A stretch of DNA of 64,000 nucleotides from Cyanophora paradoxa CCMP329 (GCA_004431415.1 QPMI01000523.1:69098-133097), one strand, 5' to 3'; positions 1 to 13,673 are shown, counted from the first letter of the stretch. The notes: generated by a model not told the origin, from the letters alone. Made by a program: numbers and translations.

Positions 1-3000
1 CACGCGCACGACCGACACTCTTCAGGTACATGCTTAGCGAGCGCCCAGAGCTCCCGCGCGCGCGAACCACCGGCGCTGACCCCTCTGACCGCCCGCAGCT
101 ACGCGGGCTCGTGGACGTGGAGCTCGAGGAAGACATATCCGACATCTCCGACGACGAGGGAGTGTCGACGCACCGCCACAGGCGCCAGCAGCCTGAGTCC
201 CGCAGCTCGAAGCCGGAGCACCCCGCTCCGCGCGCAGCAGCGCTCCGGCCAGCCCTTCTGCGACGCGGTGACCTCGCGATCGAATCCGTGGACGGGCACA
301 GCGACGAGGCGCTCAGCGTACGTGTCGCGCTGGGCCAAGCCGCCGCTCCACCTCCAAAGAGCTGACGTCACGGGCAGCGCGAGGAGCGCGTGAAGCTAGC
401 CGCGCGGTACGTGGACGACGCTCTCAACCACCGCACTCAAGACGCAAGCCTCCACAGGCCCGGGCGCGGCCCCGCAAAGTGCGCTTCTCACTCCCGGGCA
501 GCGATCAAATTTGAACCACTTCGCGATCGCGCTGACCGCGGGCACGCGTCGGCAGGGTGTACGCGCACTACCACAGCGCCTGGGCGCAGCGCTTTCTGAA
601 GGCCCTCGCCGCGCTCCACATGCTCCTGGCGCTGTGGGAGCCGCCCAGCGCGCTCTCGCCGGAGCCCTACCCGTGCCTCGGCCCCGGCGGCGCCTGCAGC
701 CGCGACCCCGTCGCCCGCGCTCTTCTCGGTCTCGAGCTCCTTCTCGTCGCTTTCCACTGCGGCGAGCTGGCCGCGTACGCGTACGCGCACGGCGCCCGCG
801 AGACGCGGCGGAACCGCTGGGCCCTCGTTCGCGCCTGCTGCGTCGCGGTGCGACCCCGGCCCAGCGGGCCGCTCGGCCGCCCGCTTAGCTGCTCGCTAAG
901 GTCATGATCTTGGACGTTCTGGTGGGCCTGGGCACTGGCGCGACCGCCCCGCGCTTCTCCCGCCCGCTCCGCGCGGCGGTGCTGGCCTCGCACACGCGCC
1001 GCATGCGCACGACCGGCCGCCTCATCGCCCGCGCCTGGCGCGCCGTGCGCACCCCGTCTCTAACAATCGAATTTGATCTCTCACGCTTCGAATTCGATCC
1101 AGGTGCTCGCCGTGGCGGCGCTGGTCGCGGCAGTATCCCTCTGTTTCGCCGTGGTCGTCTCGCAGCTCGTGCACGCCTCCTACGACGACGCCCACTACGG
1201 CGAGTGCGCACACCCACGCCCCGAGGGCCCAGGGGGGGGGGGGGTTACGAGGCTTTCCTGTTCCGACCGGGGTACGCCGCCAGCTCATTCGGGAGCGTCG
1301 GCGCCGGCTTCGTGACGGCCCACGTGCTCCTCACGACGGAGAACTTTCCCGACGCGCTGTACCCCGCCACGGAGGGGGGTAGGGGCTGGTGGTGGCTCCT
1401 CTTCGCCCCCTACGAGGCCCTCGGCCTCTACGTCGTCATGCCCGTGCGCGTACCCCCCTGCCGCTACGCCCCGCGCCGATCCGAACCCGCGCGCGTCTCT
1501 CGCAGGTCCTCACGGCGCTCCTCTACGAGACGTACCGCGAGGAGCAGCGCCGCCTCATCGTCGAGGACGCGCGTACCCCCTTCTTCCTCCCCCTCCCCGC
1601 ACCGTTCGAACCCATCTCGCAGCGGGTGCACGAGCGGCGGGCCCTCCTGGCGGCTTTCCGGGTGCGTAGCTTTTCGAATAGCGCGATCGCTGCCTTGTTT
1701 CGACTCACCCCTGCTTGCTTCATGATCAGGCGCTGGACGGGGAGAGAGGCGACGGCGTGGGCTTCCCCGCCTGGGAGGCGCTCATGGCCCACGTCCTGCC
1801 CAAGGCGCCCCTACCCCCCTCCTCTTCCCCCCCCCCCCTGGGGCCCCCTGAACCGCGCGCAGGAGCCGGAGGCGCACGTCCGCCTCCGCTTCAACGCGCT
1901 CGATCGCGACCGCTCCGGCTCCTTGGGCGCGTACCCCCCGCCGTCCGCCCCTTCCCGCGGCGTGGGGGCGCCCTGATCCGAGAGCAGACGTGCTGGAGTT
2001 CCTAGACCTGCCCGAGGCGCTGGCGCTCGAGATCCGCCCCCGGGAGGCCGCCCCGGCCCCCTCCTCCTGGCTCCCCGCCCCGCTCCCCCGCCTCGCCTCC
2101 CGCCGCCGCCCGCCCCGCCCCGCCCCGCCGCCCGCTCCGGCCCACGCTCCGGGCCCGCGCACCCTGGGCGGCATGGACACCAGCTTCCCCCCGCCCCCGG
2201 CTTCGGCGGTGACGAGGACGACGAGGACGACGAGGACGAGGCGCGGGCGCCCGCCCCGCGGCCCGCTCCCGCCGCACCCGCCGCCCCCGCTTCGGCCGCC
2301 GCCGCCCCCGGCGCCTCCGCACCCGCCCCCCGGCGCGCCTCCCGCGCCTGGGCCCTCTTCCGGGGCGCCTCGATCGCCGCCCAGCTGGGTCCGCGCCCCC
2401 CCCCCTCTCCCCCTCTCCTCCCCCAACCCCCCGCAGCGGTGCTGTGCGTGTACGGGTCGGAGGCGCTGGGGGGGCCCTGGAGCGATCGCCAGGTCGCCGC
2501 CCTCTACTACGCCGACAAGGCGAGCCCCCGCGCCCGGCTTTCTGTTGTCCCCCTCTATTCCTCCTCCCTCCCTCTCACCGCCCTCGCCCCCTCGCTCGGC
2601 GGAGCCCGCGCAGGCCCTCCTGGCGCTCTTCGGGGTGGAGATGGCGGCGCGGGCGGCCGCCTCCACGCCCCGCGCCTTCTGGCGCTCTGGCCACAACCGG
2701 TCCGCCCCGCCCCGCCCCGCCCTGCCCCGCCGCCTCTCCGCCGTTGCCCTCCGACGCGGCGCCCGGCGGCAGGTTCGACATGGCTCTGCTCGCCGCGGCG
2801 CTCGTCGAGCTCCTCGCTTTCGGCCTCCGCGGGCCCCGTCCGCACTCGTCCCGCCCCGCCCCGCCTCATTAGGATTCTCAAGTTCCCGCGGGAGAGCCGG
2901 GGGCCTCACCCGCGGGGCGCGCAGGGGACTCGATCCAGGCCGTGCGGGCCCTGCGCGTCCTCTCCCTCCTCTCCCTGCCCCCCGGCCTCGCCCCCCACTT

Positions 3001-5012
3001 CGCCACCCTCCTCGCCGCCCGCCGCTACTGGCTCTCCCTCATGGCCTCCGCCCTGGTACCCCCCACCCCGATCTCCTTCCCCCCTTCCCTACCGTCTAAC
3101 TAGTACCCCCTCCCGAAAGGCGCTCCTGTACGCGTACGCCGTCCTCGGGATGGAGGCCTTCGGCGGGGTACGCGCTTCCCTCCCTCCCCTCCCGCCTCCC
3201 GCCACCGCCTTCTGACGCCCCCGGCAGCTGGAGCGGGCCTCCGGAGCCCAGGCGAGCTCCCTGGCCCTTCGAACAGCTAACTAAATAGAGAGCCACCTAT
3301 CCATCCTAGGGCGGTTGAGCCACCTATCCGTCCTAGCTTCAATCTCATCTAACTACTTCTAACTTCAAACTCTTAACAGCTAACGAACTGGCCTCCAGCT
3401 GCAGCTATAGCTATCTAACTTCTCGCTAGCCAACTCGGCATCTCCTCGTTAGCTTTGCAGGCAACCTCCAGCCGTGCCGCGAGCTGACGGAGGCGGCGCA
3501 GGCGAGCTTCCGGACGCTGCCGAACGCGGCGCTGGCCGTCTTTCAGCTCCTCACCCTCTCCAACTGGCAGGGCGCGCCCCGCCCCGCCCCGCCCGCACCG
3601 AGTCCCAGAGACTTTCCCGGCCGCTGCGCGCCCCCCCCCGACGCGGCCCGCCCCCGCCCCCCTTCCCCGCGCGCAGTGGTGATGTACGAGTACGCGGAGG
3701 CGGCGGGGACGCGCCTCGTGGCCCCCTTCTTCCTCTCCTTCGCCACCCTCTGCAACCAGGTCCCTTCCGCCCTCTTCTCCTGCCGCCCTCCGCCCGGCCC
3801 CCGGCCCGAGCTGCGGCGCCCCGGCCGCCCCCGGCAGGTGCTGCTCTCGCTGCTGCTCTCGTGCTTCCTGGAGGCCCTCCGTACCGTCGCCCACCTCCGC
3901 CGCTCCCGCCCCGACCCCCGCGCCCAGGCCCGCCGCCCTTGCCCCGCCCCGGCCCCGCACCCCCGCCCCAGGTCCCCCTGACCTGCCCGGCCCCGGCAGG
4001 TGTACGAGGTCTCCGCGGCCGTCGCGGGCGGCCCGGGCCAGGGCCCGGGCCCGCCAGGCCGCCCGGGGCCCGCCCCCGAGCCCCGCGTCACCGCCTACGA
4101 CGTGCGCCCCACCGCCCGCGCCGCCGGGGACCGGGGGCGGGGCGGGGGTGCGAGCGGGGCGGCGGGTGCGGGTGCGGGCAGGTGCGGCGCGTGGTGCGGT
4201 GGGAGCGGGTGGCGTTCGACGCGGAGCTGGAGGCGATGGGCCACGACGAGGCCCGCGCCCTCTCCCAGGTACCCCTTCCCCCCCCCCCCCCCCCCCCCCC
4301 CCCTCCCTCTTTGACGCCCTCGCAGCTCTGCGGGATCGACCTGCTCGCCCTGCGCCGCGCCAAGGCCGCCGACGCCCCCGCCTCCTCTTCGGCCCTTGTG
4401 CGCCCCTTCCCGCTCCCTCCCCCGATACTTCGACCCGACCGCTTCGGCCTGATTCGATCCGAACGGCAGCGCCACCGCCCGCCCCCCGGCGCCGCATCCG
4501 TACGCCCCATGCCGCCCGCGCCCCTCCTCTCGTTTCGTCTGTGCCCCGGCGACCCGCCCCGACCGTCAGGACGTGCCGGCGGCCCCTTCCCGCGCCCTCT
4601 CCCGCACCGTCAGGTACCCCCGTACCCTCCTTACCACATGCCCCGTACCCCATCCCGATCCTTCTCACCAATGTCCCCCTCCAGCTTCTCCCGATCCGAG
4701 TGGGGCTCCTTCTACCGCGCCCCGTCGGACGCCGCGATCGCACAGGCGCGTACCCCCGCCCCGCTGCTTCTCCCCCCGATAACCGGTACCCCGCAGGCCC
4801 TGCACCACGTCGACTCGCGGAGCGCTCTGCTGCCGCGCCGGGAGAGCCCCTCCGCTTTCCCTGCCCCCGCCCCGCTCGCCTCGGTCCCCGTCCTCGCGGC
4901 GCCGCGCCCGCCGCGCCGGAGCCCGGACCCGGAGGCCGCCGCTCCGACCTCGCCGGGGGCGGCCCGGCGCCGGCGCCGGCCGCGCAGCAGCTCCGCAAGA
5001 AGCTCTCGATGA
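1..5012 (+). CDS. Two-pore channel (TPC)-like cation channel, multi-exon host gene; boundaries approximate
   Basis: Exon fragments give pore loop 1 VLLTTENFPDALYPA (~1325-1370), an EF-hand-like DRDRSGSL (~1900-1925), YAYAVLGMEAFG (~3130-3165) and pore loop 2 FQLLTLSNWQ-VVMYEY (3541-3700). Exons are separated by short GC-rich introns. Confidence 0.75.
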
Positions 5013-6168
5013 AGCGGCTCTCGTCGGGGCCGGAGGGGCCCTCGCCCGCGCCGCCGCCGCCGTCATCGCCGAGGAGGCCGCTGCCGCGCGCGTCTGCGTC
5101 AACATCTTCCCGGGGGACCTCATCGGCGGCGTCGGGAGCCCGCGGGGCTGGGCGCCCTGGGCCCGCCCCTTCCCCGCCCGCCCCGCCCGCCCGGCGCCCC
5201 TCGCGCCCCGGGCCCGGACGCCGCCGCCGCCGGCGCCAGCGAGCCTCGCCGGCCCCCCGCCGGTCGCGGGCGGCGCCGCGGGGGCGCCCCAGTCGCGTGC
5301 CACGACGCCGCCAACGGCGCCGGCGCCGTTTGCCGGCACCTCGCCCACGATGGGCCTCATCGGGGCGAGCTTCGCGGGGCAGCTGCAGCCTAGCGCTACA
5401 AACTCGCGCCAGGGCCCGCCCACCCCGCCCCCCGTCCGTCTCTGAGCATGCATACGAGGTCGTCTGGTCTAGTCTGGTTGATTTGAAGACAACGTTTCCC
5501 GTCACTAACAACATCTACAATCAACGAGGGCCCACGCGCTGCGTATTCACAAGCCGTACGTAGTATGAAAGGTGATGGAAAGCTTATATATGTAAAGCCC
5601 TGAGCTGCATCTTACAATCGCGCATCTGCTGTGATAGTGAGGAGTACACACACGCGCTGCTGCTGCTGCAAGCAGCGCGCCACTGTGAATGGTGTCGCGT
5701 TGTAATATGTAATGCCGGTTTACACGGTGGTACAGCGCTGAACGCGCGCGGCTGGTTTGAAAGAGATCTGGACCGAGCTCAAGCGGCCTCCTACAGCTAC
5801 CTACTATTGAAAAGTTGACTCGCAATCTGCCGAGCATTCAATCGAAATACAGGGCAGAACGGTGTCTGCAAACTGGAGAGCCTAGCCGATTCTGCGACTA
5901 CGTTCTGTGTATACGGACCCGGAGCAGTTGTGAAGTAGAGACACCCAAGCGCGACACTACTCGCCCCTTGAAAAAAAACGCACAAAAGAGCGGAATATGG
6001 ACACTGGGATGGACACTAAAACGGCAAAGTATTCTAGGGATGCAGGAAAATAAAAAGAGCCCTGTGCATGGAGATGGGGAAAACCAAACGAAGGCTGCTA
6101 TCTAGAAAGGCGGACGGATCGATCCGCTCGGGGCGCTCCGCTGCGCCGCGCCGCTCGCCGGCCGACGC

Positions 6169-9100
6169 CTACGACCAGGCCTCCACGATGTAGCGGCTCG
6201 TCTGATATCACGCGGCGGATCAGCGTCTTCTAAAACCACCGAGACAGAACAGACGGTTCACCTTGCGCATCTCGTCGATGTACTTGGAGGCCATCTCGCG
6301 GGTGAAGCCGTCTTCCTTGCCGCCCTCCGACATGGCCGTCTCGATGGCGGCGCGGATGTCCTGCGGGACGCGCCCCGCCGGCCCGCAGAAGAAGAAGTAG
6401 CCGCCGCGCTTCACGAACGCCTCGTACAGCAGCTCCGGCTCCGCCGCGATCTTGTCCTGGATGTACACCTGCGCGGGCGGAGGAGGGTGAGGGGCGGGGC
6501 CCGAGGCGGGAGCCGGGCCGGCGGACCTTCTTGGGGCCGTCGCGGGAGAAGGCGACGCGGAGGTGGGAGAGGGCGCCCTTGGCGACGAACTCGTCCCAGC
6601 GGTCCGAGTAGAGGTAGTCGCCCTTGGAGTGGCGGCACCCGAAGAAGAGCACCGACCAGCCGACGCGCTTCCCGTGGTCCACCTGGAAGGAGCGCTCCTG
6701 CACCATCGCCCGCATGGGCGCCAGGCCCGTGCCGAGGCCGGCCATGACGATGGGCGTGCTCGGGTGCGGGGGCATGCAGATGCCGACGCCGGGCTTGAGG
6801 GCGACGCTGATCCAGTGCGGGCCGTCGACGAGCTGGCGGAGGTAGCCCGTGCAGGTGCCGAAGCCGACGCTCTTGTCCGGCTTCTCCCAGTCGACGATGA
6901 CGATGGAGAGCTCGAGCTTGCCCACGGCGACGTGCGGCGACGAGGCGATCGAGTAGTAGCGCGGCTTGATGGCGGGGATCATGTCGAGGAGCTGGGCGAG
7001 GGGCGGGCGGGCCGAGGGGTAGGCCTGGAGGACGCCGGCGTAGGTGACGTGGCCGAGGTCCTTGAGGAGGACGGAGAAGGCGGCCGTGCCGCGCCACGTC
7101 TTGCGCGCGATGCTGTCGAGCTCGTCGCGCTGGTGCACGTCCGTCGCGAACTTGGCGAGGGCCCCGAAGAAGCGCAGGTTCGGCCGCCCGAAGACGTCAA
7201 CGCAGTCGCAGAACTGCGCCCCGCCCGACAGCCCCCGCTCAGCGCAGGCCTCGGCGGGAGAGCTAAGCGGGGCGGGGCGGCGGGGCGGGCGCACGTAGTC
7301 GAGGAGGGAGGTCTGGGGGCCCATCGGGGGCTTGGCCTTCGCGTCGCCCTTGAAGTGCTCGTTCACTGCGACCGGGCCGGGTTAGCCAGCTAAACAGGGC
7401 GCAGGCACTCATGGGGGGAGCCGGGCGGGGGCGGGCGGACGCTTGAAGGTGATGAGGTCGCTGGGCTCGAGGGCGTAGAACTTGAGGAAGGCCTTGACCT
7501 CCTCGGGGTCGTTGCGCGCGTAGATCGCCAGCGCGTCGCCCACCGTGTACTTGAGCGGCTCCGGCACCTGGTCCACCTCGAACACGATGTGCCGCACGTC
7601 GCGGTCATAGCCGTCGGGCGTGATGCGGACGTTGGACTCGACGCGGATGAGCTGGCCCATCGGGTCCGTTACGATCGGCTTCCAGGTCTCGTCGAACTTG
7701 CGGGCGCCGCCCTCCTTGGGCCCGGCCGTGAGGAAGACGTGGTGCGAGGGGAGCGGGATGGAGCCGTCGTCCTTGACGGGCGGGAGCTTGAGGGTCTTGT
7801 AGGCCTCGGGGGCCCACTTCTCGAAGCCCGTCTCGAAGCGCTCCTCGTCCTGGTCGTCGCCGACGCCGCGGGCGAGGAAGCGGTGCGCGCCGAGCTCGGC
7901 GAGGCGCTCCTCGATCTCGACGGCGGCGCGGTTGAAGTGCGCGTACGACGAGTCGCCGATGCCCATCACGCTGTAGTGGAGGTTGCGGAGCCAGCCGGGC
8001 GGGTGCTTCTTGCTGCTGATGCCCGTCCAGAAGTCCTTGGCGTTGTCGGGGATCTCGCCCTGGCCGGCCGTCGAGACGACGACGATGAGCGTGCTGACGG
8101 TGGCGAGGTCGTCCATCTCGAGCTCGTCGGCCTCCGTGCACTTGACGGCGATGCCGCGCGCCGCACACTCCTTGGCCACCACGCGCGCCAGCGACTCCGC
8201 GTTGCCCGTCTCCGACCCGTAGATGATGCGGATCGCCTTGGGCGGCAGCGTCCACTCGACGGTCGGCGGGTACTCGACGACGGCCGCCGGCTTGGCCTCC
8301 TCCGCGTGCGCCGCCTCCTCCTTCTCCTCGTGCATGCCGGCCGTCAGCGCGCTGAACGAGGCGTCCAGCGCCTTCTTCTCCATGTGGTCGTGCGCGTGCC
8401 CGTTGCCGTTGCCGTTCTCGTGCCCGTGGCCGTGGCCGTGGCCCTGCGAGGAAAGTTCAGACGTGGCGCGGCGGCGAGGCGAGGCGGCGCGGCGCGGCGC
8501 GCACGTTCTCGGGCTTGACGTGGTTGGGCCAGAACTCGGTGTGGAGCAGGTGGTGGCTCTTCTCGCCGAGCGGCTTGCCGAGGTACTCCTGGTAGAGGGC
8601 CTTCACGGCGGGGTTCTCGTGCGACTTGCGCACGACGGCGCGCTCGTCCGACGTGTAGAGCGCCTGCATCCGCTTCTTTGCGATGCCCTTGTCCTTCGAC
8701 TTGGGCTGCCCGGGGCCGCTGATGCACCCGTTCTGGCACATCACTTCGCGCGCGCGCGAGCGAGAGGGACCGTCAGGCTTCTTCTGCCGGGCGCGGAGGG
8801 GGAGGGCGGGCAGGGCGCACTGATTTCAACGAAGTGGAAGGGGCACTCGCCGGCGCGGGTCATCTCCATGATGCGCTTGATGCTCGTCAGGCCGCACACG
8901 ACGCAGAACTTGAGCTCGCCGACCCCGGGGACATCCAGCGCGCCTGCGCGCGGCGCGGGGGCGGCGTCAGGCGCGGGCGGGCGGCGAGGGGCCGGCGCTC
9001 GCTCGCCTTCCTTGACGCCGAAGAGGCCGCGGGCGTCCCGAACCTCCACCTTCTCGAGGGTCTTGCCGGTCGCGAACTCGTACGCTGCGCCGCCCGGGTC

Positions 9101-10806
9101 AAACGCGCCGAACACGCGAAAAAACCCAAAGAACCCACTCGGACTCACCGGTGCGAACGGCGGCCTCCATGACACCCCCAGTCACACCGAAGATGGCGCC
9201 GGCGCCCGTGCCAGCGCCCATCCAGCTCGCGAACTGGCCGGTCGGGCCAGAGCCGTCTGCAGGCCGCGTCAGAAAACATCAGAGGGAACGCACGAAAAAG
9301 AAAGGACGGAGGCTGGCGCACCGAGCTCGTCCCAGTCGATGTTCATGGCGCGGAAGATCTGGCCGATCTCGCGCGTCGTGATGACGTGGTCCGTCTTCGA
9401 GATGGGGTCCTGCAGCTGCGGCCGCTGCGCCTCCACCTTCTTGATCGAGCACGGCATGATGGACGTCTGCGGCGCGGCGCGGCGCGGTCGGCGGCGCTCA
9501 AAAAGGGGCGCGAGGCCTCCGGCGCACCACGACGATCTGCGAGACATCGATGCCGGAGCGCTCCGCAAACATGCTCTTGATGAGCGCGGAGTTCATGCCC
9601 ATCGGAGACTTGCACGATGAGACGTGGTCGATGAGATCCGGGTAGTCCTCCTCCACCAGCCGCTGCCAGCCCGCGCAGCACGAGGTGAACATCGGGAACT
9701 TGCCTCCAGACTTGATCCTGAGCCGCGCACATGTGAGCGCCCGCAGAACCAACCCCAAAAGGAGGAGGAAAGCACGGCGCACTTCTCAAGCAGCTCAGAC
9801 GCCTCCTCCATGATAGTGACATCGGCGGCGAACCGCAGATCAAAAACTGATTCGATGAAGGGGTCGGAAACAGCACAAACCGCGAGAGAGATAAAAGAAA
9901 GTACCGTGATCAAAACCGATCTTGTGCAGAGCCTGGACGAGCTGCGCCGGCTTGATGGAGCCGGGCGGGAGGTCAAACTCCTCCGCGATAGAAACGAAAG
10001 TTGCGGGCGCAATCTGAGCGCAGTGGACCTGCCAGCGGCGGATCAGATCCGGAAAACGAAAGAAGCGCGCGCTGTCCTCACCCGCTTCTCCAGCCGCTTG
10101 TCCTCGATCCGACGGAGGACGACCTGCGCGTCCTTCTTGACCTTCTCCGAGGGCCGCTCGTCCTTGGACTTGTGGTCGTCGTCCTCGGGCTTCATCTCCA
10201 TGCGGAGCTTGGCAATGAGGTTTGAAAGCGCTTCCTCGTCATCGTTCGAGTCCTTCAGAATGGTAGGCATCGCCGCCAGCACAACGTCAATGAGATGCTG
10301 CATCTTGGGGTCCGCCGGCGGCTTCATCGACCCCTGGCTGCCCTGGCGCTGGACGGCGCTGCGGGAGGCGCCGATCACGCACGTACGCCAGAAGAAAGCA
10401 GAAACGAGCGCACCGAGATGCGAATCCGATGCCGTTGAGGGCAGCGAGCGAGTTGGGGCGACCCGCCTGATCAAAAGTGAGAAGAGGCGCCGGGCATACG
10501 CGCAGCACCGGCGGCGTCATTGCGCGAGCTCGAACCTTCGTTCCATCGACTTGATCCTGTGAGCCACGGCGCCCATCGAGCTGTGGCGGGAAAGGGTCAA
10601 CATGGCGTCAATGAGTCGCGAAGGGCCAAGCGACCGCGCCGAGGCGCGAACAAACCTTCTCGGTGCTTGCTGGCTTCATATCCATCTGCTTCTCCGCGCT
10701 CTAGGCGAGGATTCCAAGTTAGAGACCGCTGATGCGCCCCGTCGTCCTTTGGGAGAGGGACGCGCAAAAAGCGTACCTGGGCACTCGACAACTTTTCCGC
10801 GCCCAT
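6169..10806 (-). CDS. [FeFe]-hydrogenase H-cluster domain fused to flavodoxin + FAD/NAD(P)H-binding (CysJ/CPR-like diflavin reductase) module, multi-exon; 5' end uncertain
   Basis: Hydrogenase part: AQIAPAT, VFDLRFAADVTIMEE, L1 FTSCCAGW, L2 IMPCSIKKVE, GAGAIFGVTGGVMEAA, L3 EI-MMCQNGCISGPGQP, small-subunit RKSHENP..LLHT. Reductase part: flavodoxin IIYGSETGNAE, RYYSIASS, GTCTGYL, GLGTGLAPMRAM, LFFGCR. Ends RYIVEAWS* (TAG at 6169-6171). Confidence 0.9.
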
Positions 10807-12796
10807 GCACGCACAGGCGCCGCCCCCGGCGCAGCAGCTGCGTGGCGAATGAGGAAAAACGGCATCAAGGAGAGGCGAGCGGGGAAGGGTTGCGCGCGGC
10901 GCGGGCGCGGTGCCCGGGTGGTTAAGAAAGATGCAGGGAATGACACTAGCGCACCCTTCCCGGGCCATGACGATCTTCTCGGTTTCCATGTGAAAGTTTC
11001 CACTCCCGCGCTCCCGCTTCCGGCGTTCGTTGCTGCGCTGCCGCTTTCCCTGCGTGCTATTGTACGCTTGCAAGGGTGCTTGTTGCGCTGCTTCAAATTC
11101 GCTGAGATGAGGGGCTCGCTTTGCAGTTCCGAAGTTTGTATACGCGTCTACGCTGCTGGCGCTAAAGACAAGTCGACTTGCCCGGGGGGGGAAGCAGTTC
11201 CATTGAGCGGCACCGGGGTACAAGACATGACGTATGACGCTTATCGACGTGACTCGGTGACGGCGTGACGCCAGCGAGAAGATCAGAGGGAATCGCGGCT
11301 CAATCGAAATATCGCCTTTGGGCCCCCCCCATAATTTTTTCCCAGGTCGCCCTCCGAATTTATCCTGAGGGCACCTACCCGACAAACCTCCCCTCAACGC
11401 TGCCCCAACCGTCCCAGCACCGTGCCCTCTCCGTGCCCGCTCGGTGATTGGTCGGTGTCGCCCCCTTCCCCGGCGGGCCCGGCCCTGTCATATATATATC
11501 ATATAAACAGTCCTGCCCCGTGGCAGTGCAGCCTCGGGTCTGAATCAGGTCCTGGGAAATGGGTAATAGTAATTAGACCTATTGGCTATAGCTACCCGGC
11601 ACGATCTGCATTACCATTAATATATAGTTTGGTTAACGGGCCCGGGTAACACTAGATGTAAATCGACTTGAGACAATATGAAGGCATATATGGTCGGGAC
11701 TAGGGATGGATGGGTAAAGCGGAAGGTTACCCGTGGATACGACACTTCGATAATGAGAGGTATAGGATAAATGGCTTCGTGAGGGGTAGGGCTTATGTAC
11801 ACGATCGACCGTCGGGCACGGTCGTTCGTACCCTGAGGGGTACGTGTATAACAGGACCGGTCAGAAGCGGGGAGCGCGGCTGAGTCTTCATCACGCGGGC
11901 AGGGGAAGCGGGAGCCTGTCGAGCGGAAGAACGTGGCATGGATAGCGCTTCAGGCACGGTCCTCCCGGGTGTGTGGTGGTGTTGGCGCAGACGCCCGTCG
12001 GCGTTCCGAGGCTGACATGTGACGAGCAGATCTAGAAGTTGCGCAGGACGTTGCGCAAGAACCAGTGAACAGCATTCGCCTAAGATTTTCGTGAAGGCAG
12101 AGCGGGCATCCAGCCCTATCGCTACCCTGGCGGCCCGAAGTGGTGCACATATGATATACCTGATATATGCTTTTGCCGGCGCCGGTGCAAGGATCATGCT
12201 TATCAAGGAGGTCATGGTCGCAGGCATGTCGTCAGAGGCATCGAAAAGTTCAGCATCGTCGGCGAGCAAGAAAAGTGCGAGCGGCCCAAGACCGGCAGCA
12301 CCGCTCAGCTGCAGCACATCCCCGTCGAATATTTCTCAACGGCCGTCGGCGGAAGTGAAACCGGAGGGGGCATCGAGCTCCCCTCAGGGGACTCGGACAG
12401 GTGCACCGCGGATAGGCGCATGTACCGCTACAAGTTTTATGTCTATTAATTATGGCGCAGGCAAGGGTAGAGAGCCTTTGACGGGACGGCCATCTGCTAG
12501 GGAGGGAGGTGCATCCGCGGTCACCGCTCCAAAGGGTGCGATCTACCCACTTCGTACCCCCGCTCGAGCTCGGTAGATCCGACCTGCCTGCAGGCAAGGA
12601 TCCAGAGCAGGGGGACGGCGAGTCAAGGGGCGGGGCGAGGGGATCCGCTTCCAAGTATTCAACGGGTACGTCGTCGGCCGGCCCGAAGCCTTAGTCGAGA
12701 TCGATCACGAGGCACAGTTTGACGTGGCGGACGCAGATAAGAGCATCGCCTCTCCCTCGGAAAAGCAGGCGGAGGGCGCTGAATCGATAGGAGGAG

Positions 12797-13673
12797 ATGG
12801 TGTACCCGAGGGTGCATCTTCTAGCGGCTCGCCAGCGCCCTCCGCCGGCAGCCCTGAACCCCTACTCTTACCGCCCCTCTGACCTGCGTACAGAATCAAG
12901 CCATCCGCCGGCGGGGAGAAAGTACAAGTGTCCCGATTGTTTCAAGATCTACGTAGCAGCAGGGAAGCATGTTACGTGTTGCGACGGCCTGCCAGGTGCG
13001 AACAACACAGCCGAAACGAATGATGCAATAAAAGACGAGGTGCACGCATTGACACGCTGACGCACCCAACGTAGAGGATGCAATCGTGGAGTCCGGGAAG
13101 GTTGAGGAACGGAGCCTTCGATGTTCGCGCTGTCGGCACACGTTTGTGAGGCAGAAAGCATTTGATCATCATGTGAAGAACCACATCAGAAAAGGTAAAG
13201 CGGCGAGACAAAGTAAAGGAGTCGTGGGTTGTGATAAGGGTTCTTACGATAATCTGTCTCAGAGGAAGATGCAGAAGGGACCGAGAAGGAGACGGAGGCA
13301 TCTGAAGCAGAAGAGGACAGTGCCTCACCTCCGCGTACTCGGAAGAAATCAAAGACGGCTGCAGCAGGTCGGTGAAGAATTGTACTCTTCGAGCGTATTG
13401 TATACGTTGAAGCGTTCACGAGCAGGGGACGTCGAGCATATGCAGGAGGGTAAGCGATGATCGAATCTGCTCATTCTTTGCGTACGCCGACATGGACTGT
13501 GTACATGCAGGTGCCAGCACGCATTCCGAGGGTTCCAATGCGCCTCCTGGAGGGGGAGATGCGGCCCAACCGGCTGTACCGGCACCGGATCCTGCCCTGG
13601 TGTTGGGGTGGACACGCGCAGAAGTCAGCAGGTGGATGAAAGGAACCTTCTCACTTGAAGGGGATTCGGCAGA
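12797..13673 (+). CDS. 5' exons of a host gene interrupted by the viral insertion (C2H2 zinc finger and first half of a SAM-like domain)
   Basis: YKCPDCFKIY, CSRCRHTFVRQKAFDHHVKNH (C2H2) and WTRAEVSRWM (SAM-like N-terminus). The last exon ends GCA GA at 13673, followed by the donor GTACG. Joining the zinc-finger and SAM exons into one gene is inference. Confidence 0.5.

Noticed and set aside
8450-10050. Nar1/IOP1 instead of a true hydrogenase
   Set aside because: TSCC (including the proton-transfer Cys), MPC..KK.E and the small-subunit segment match bona fide HydA.
1-10500. Many long Pro/Arg/Gly-rich ORFs on both strands (e.g. 3415-5514, 4148-5563, 8223-9620)
   Set aside because: Artefacts of extreme GC content and antisense frames of the two real spliced genes.
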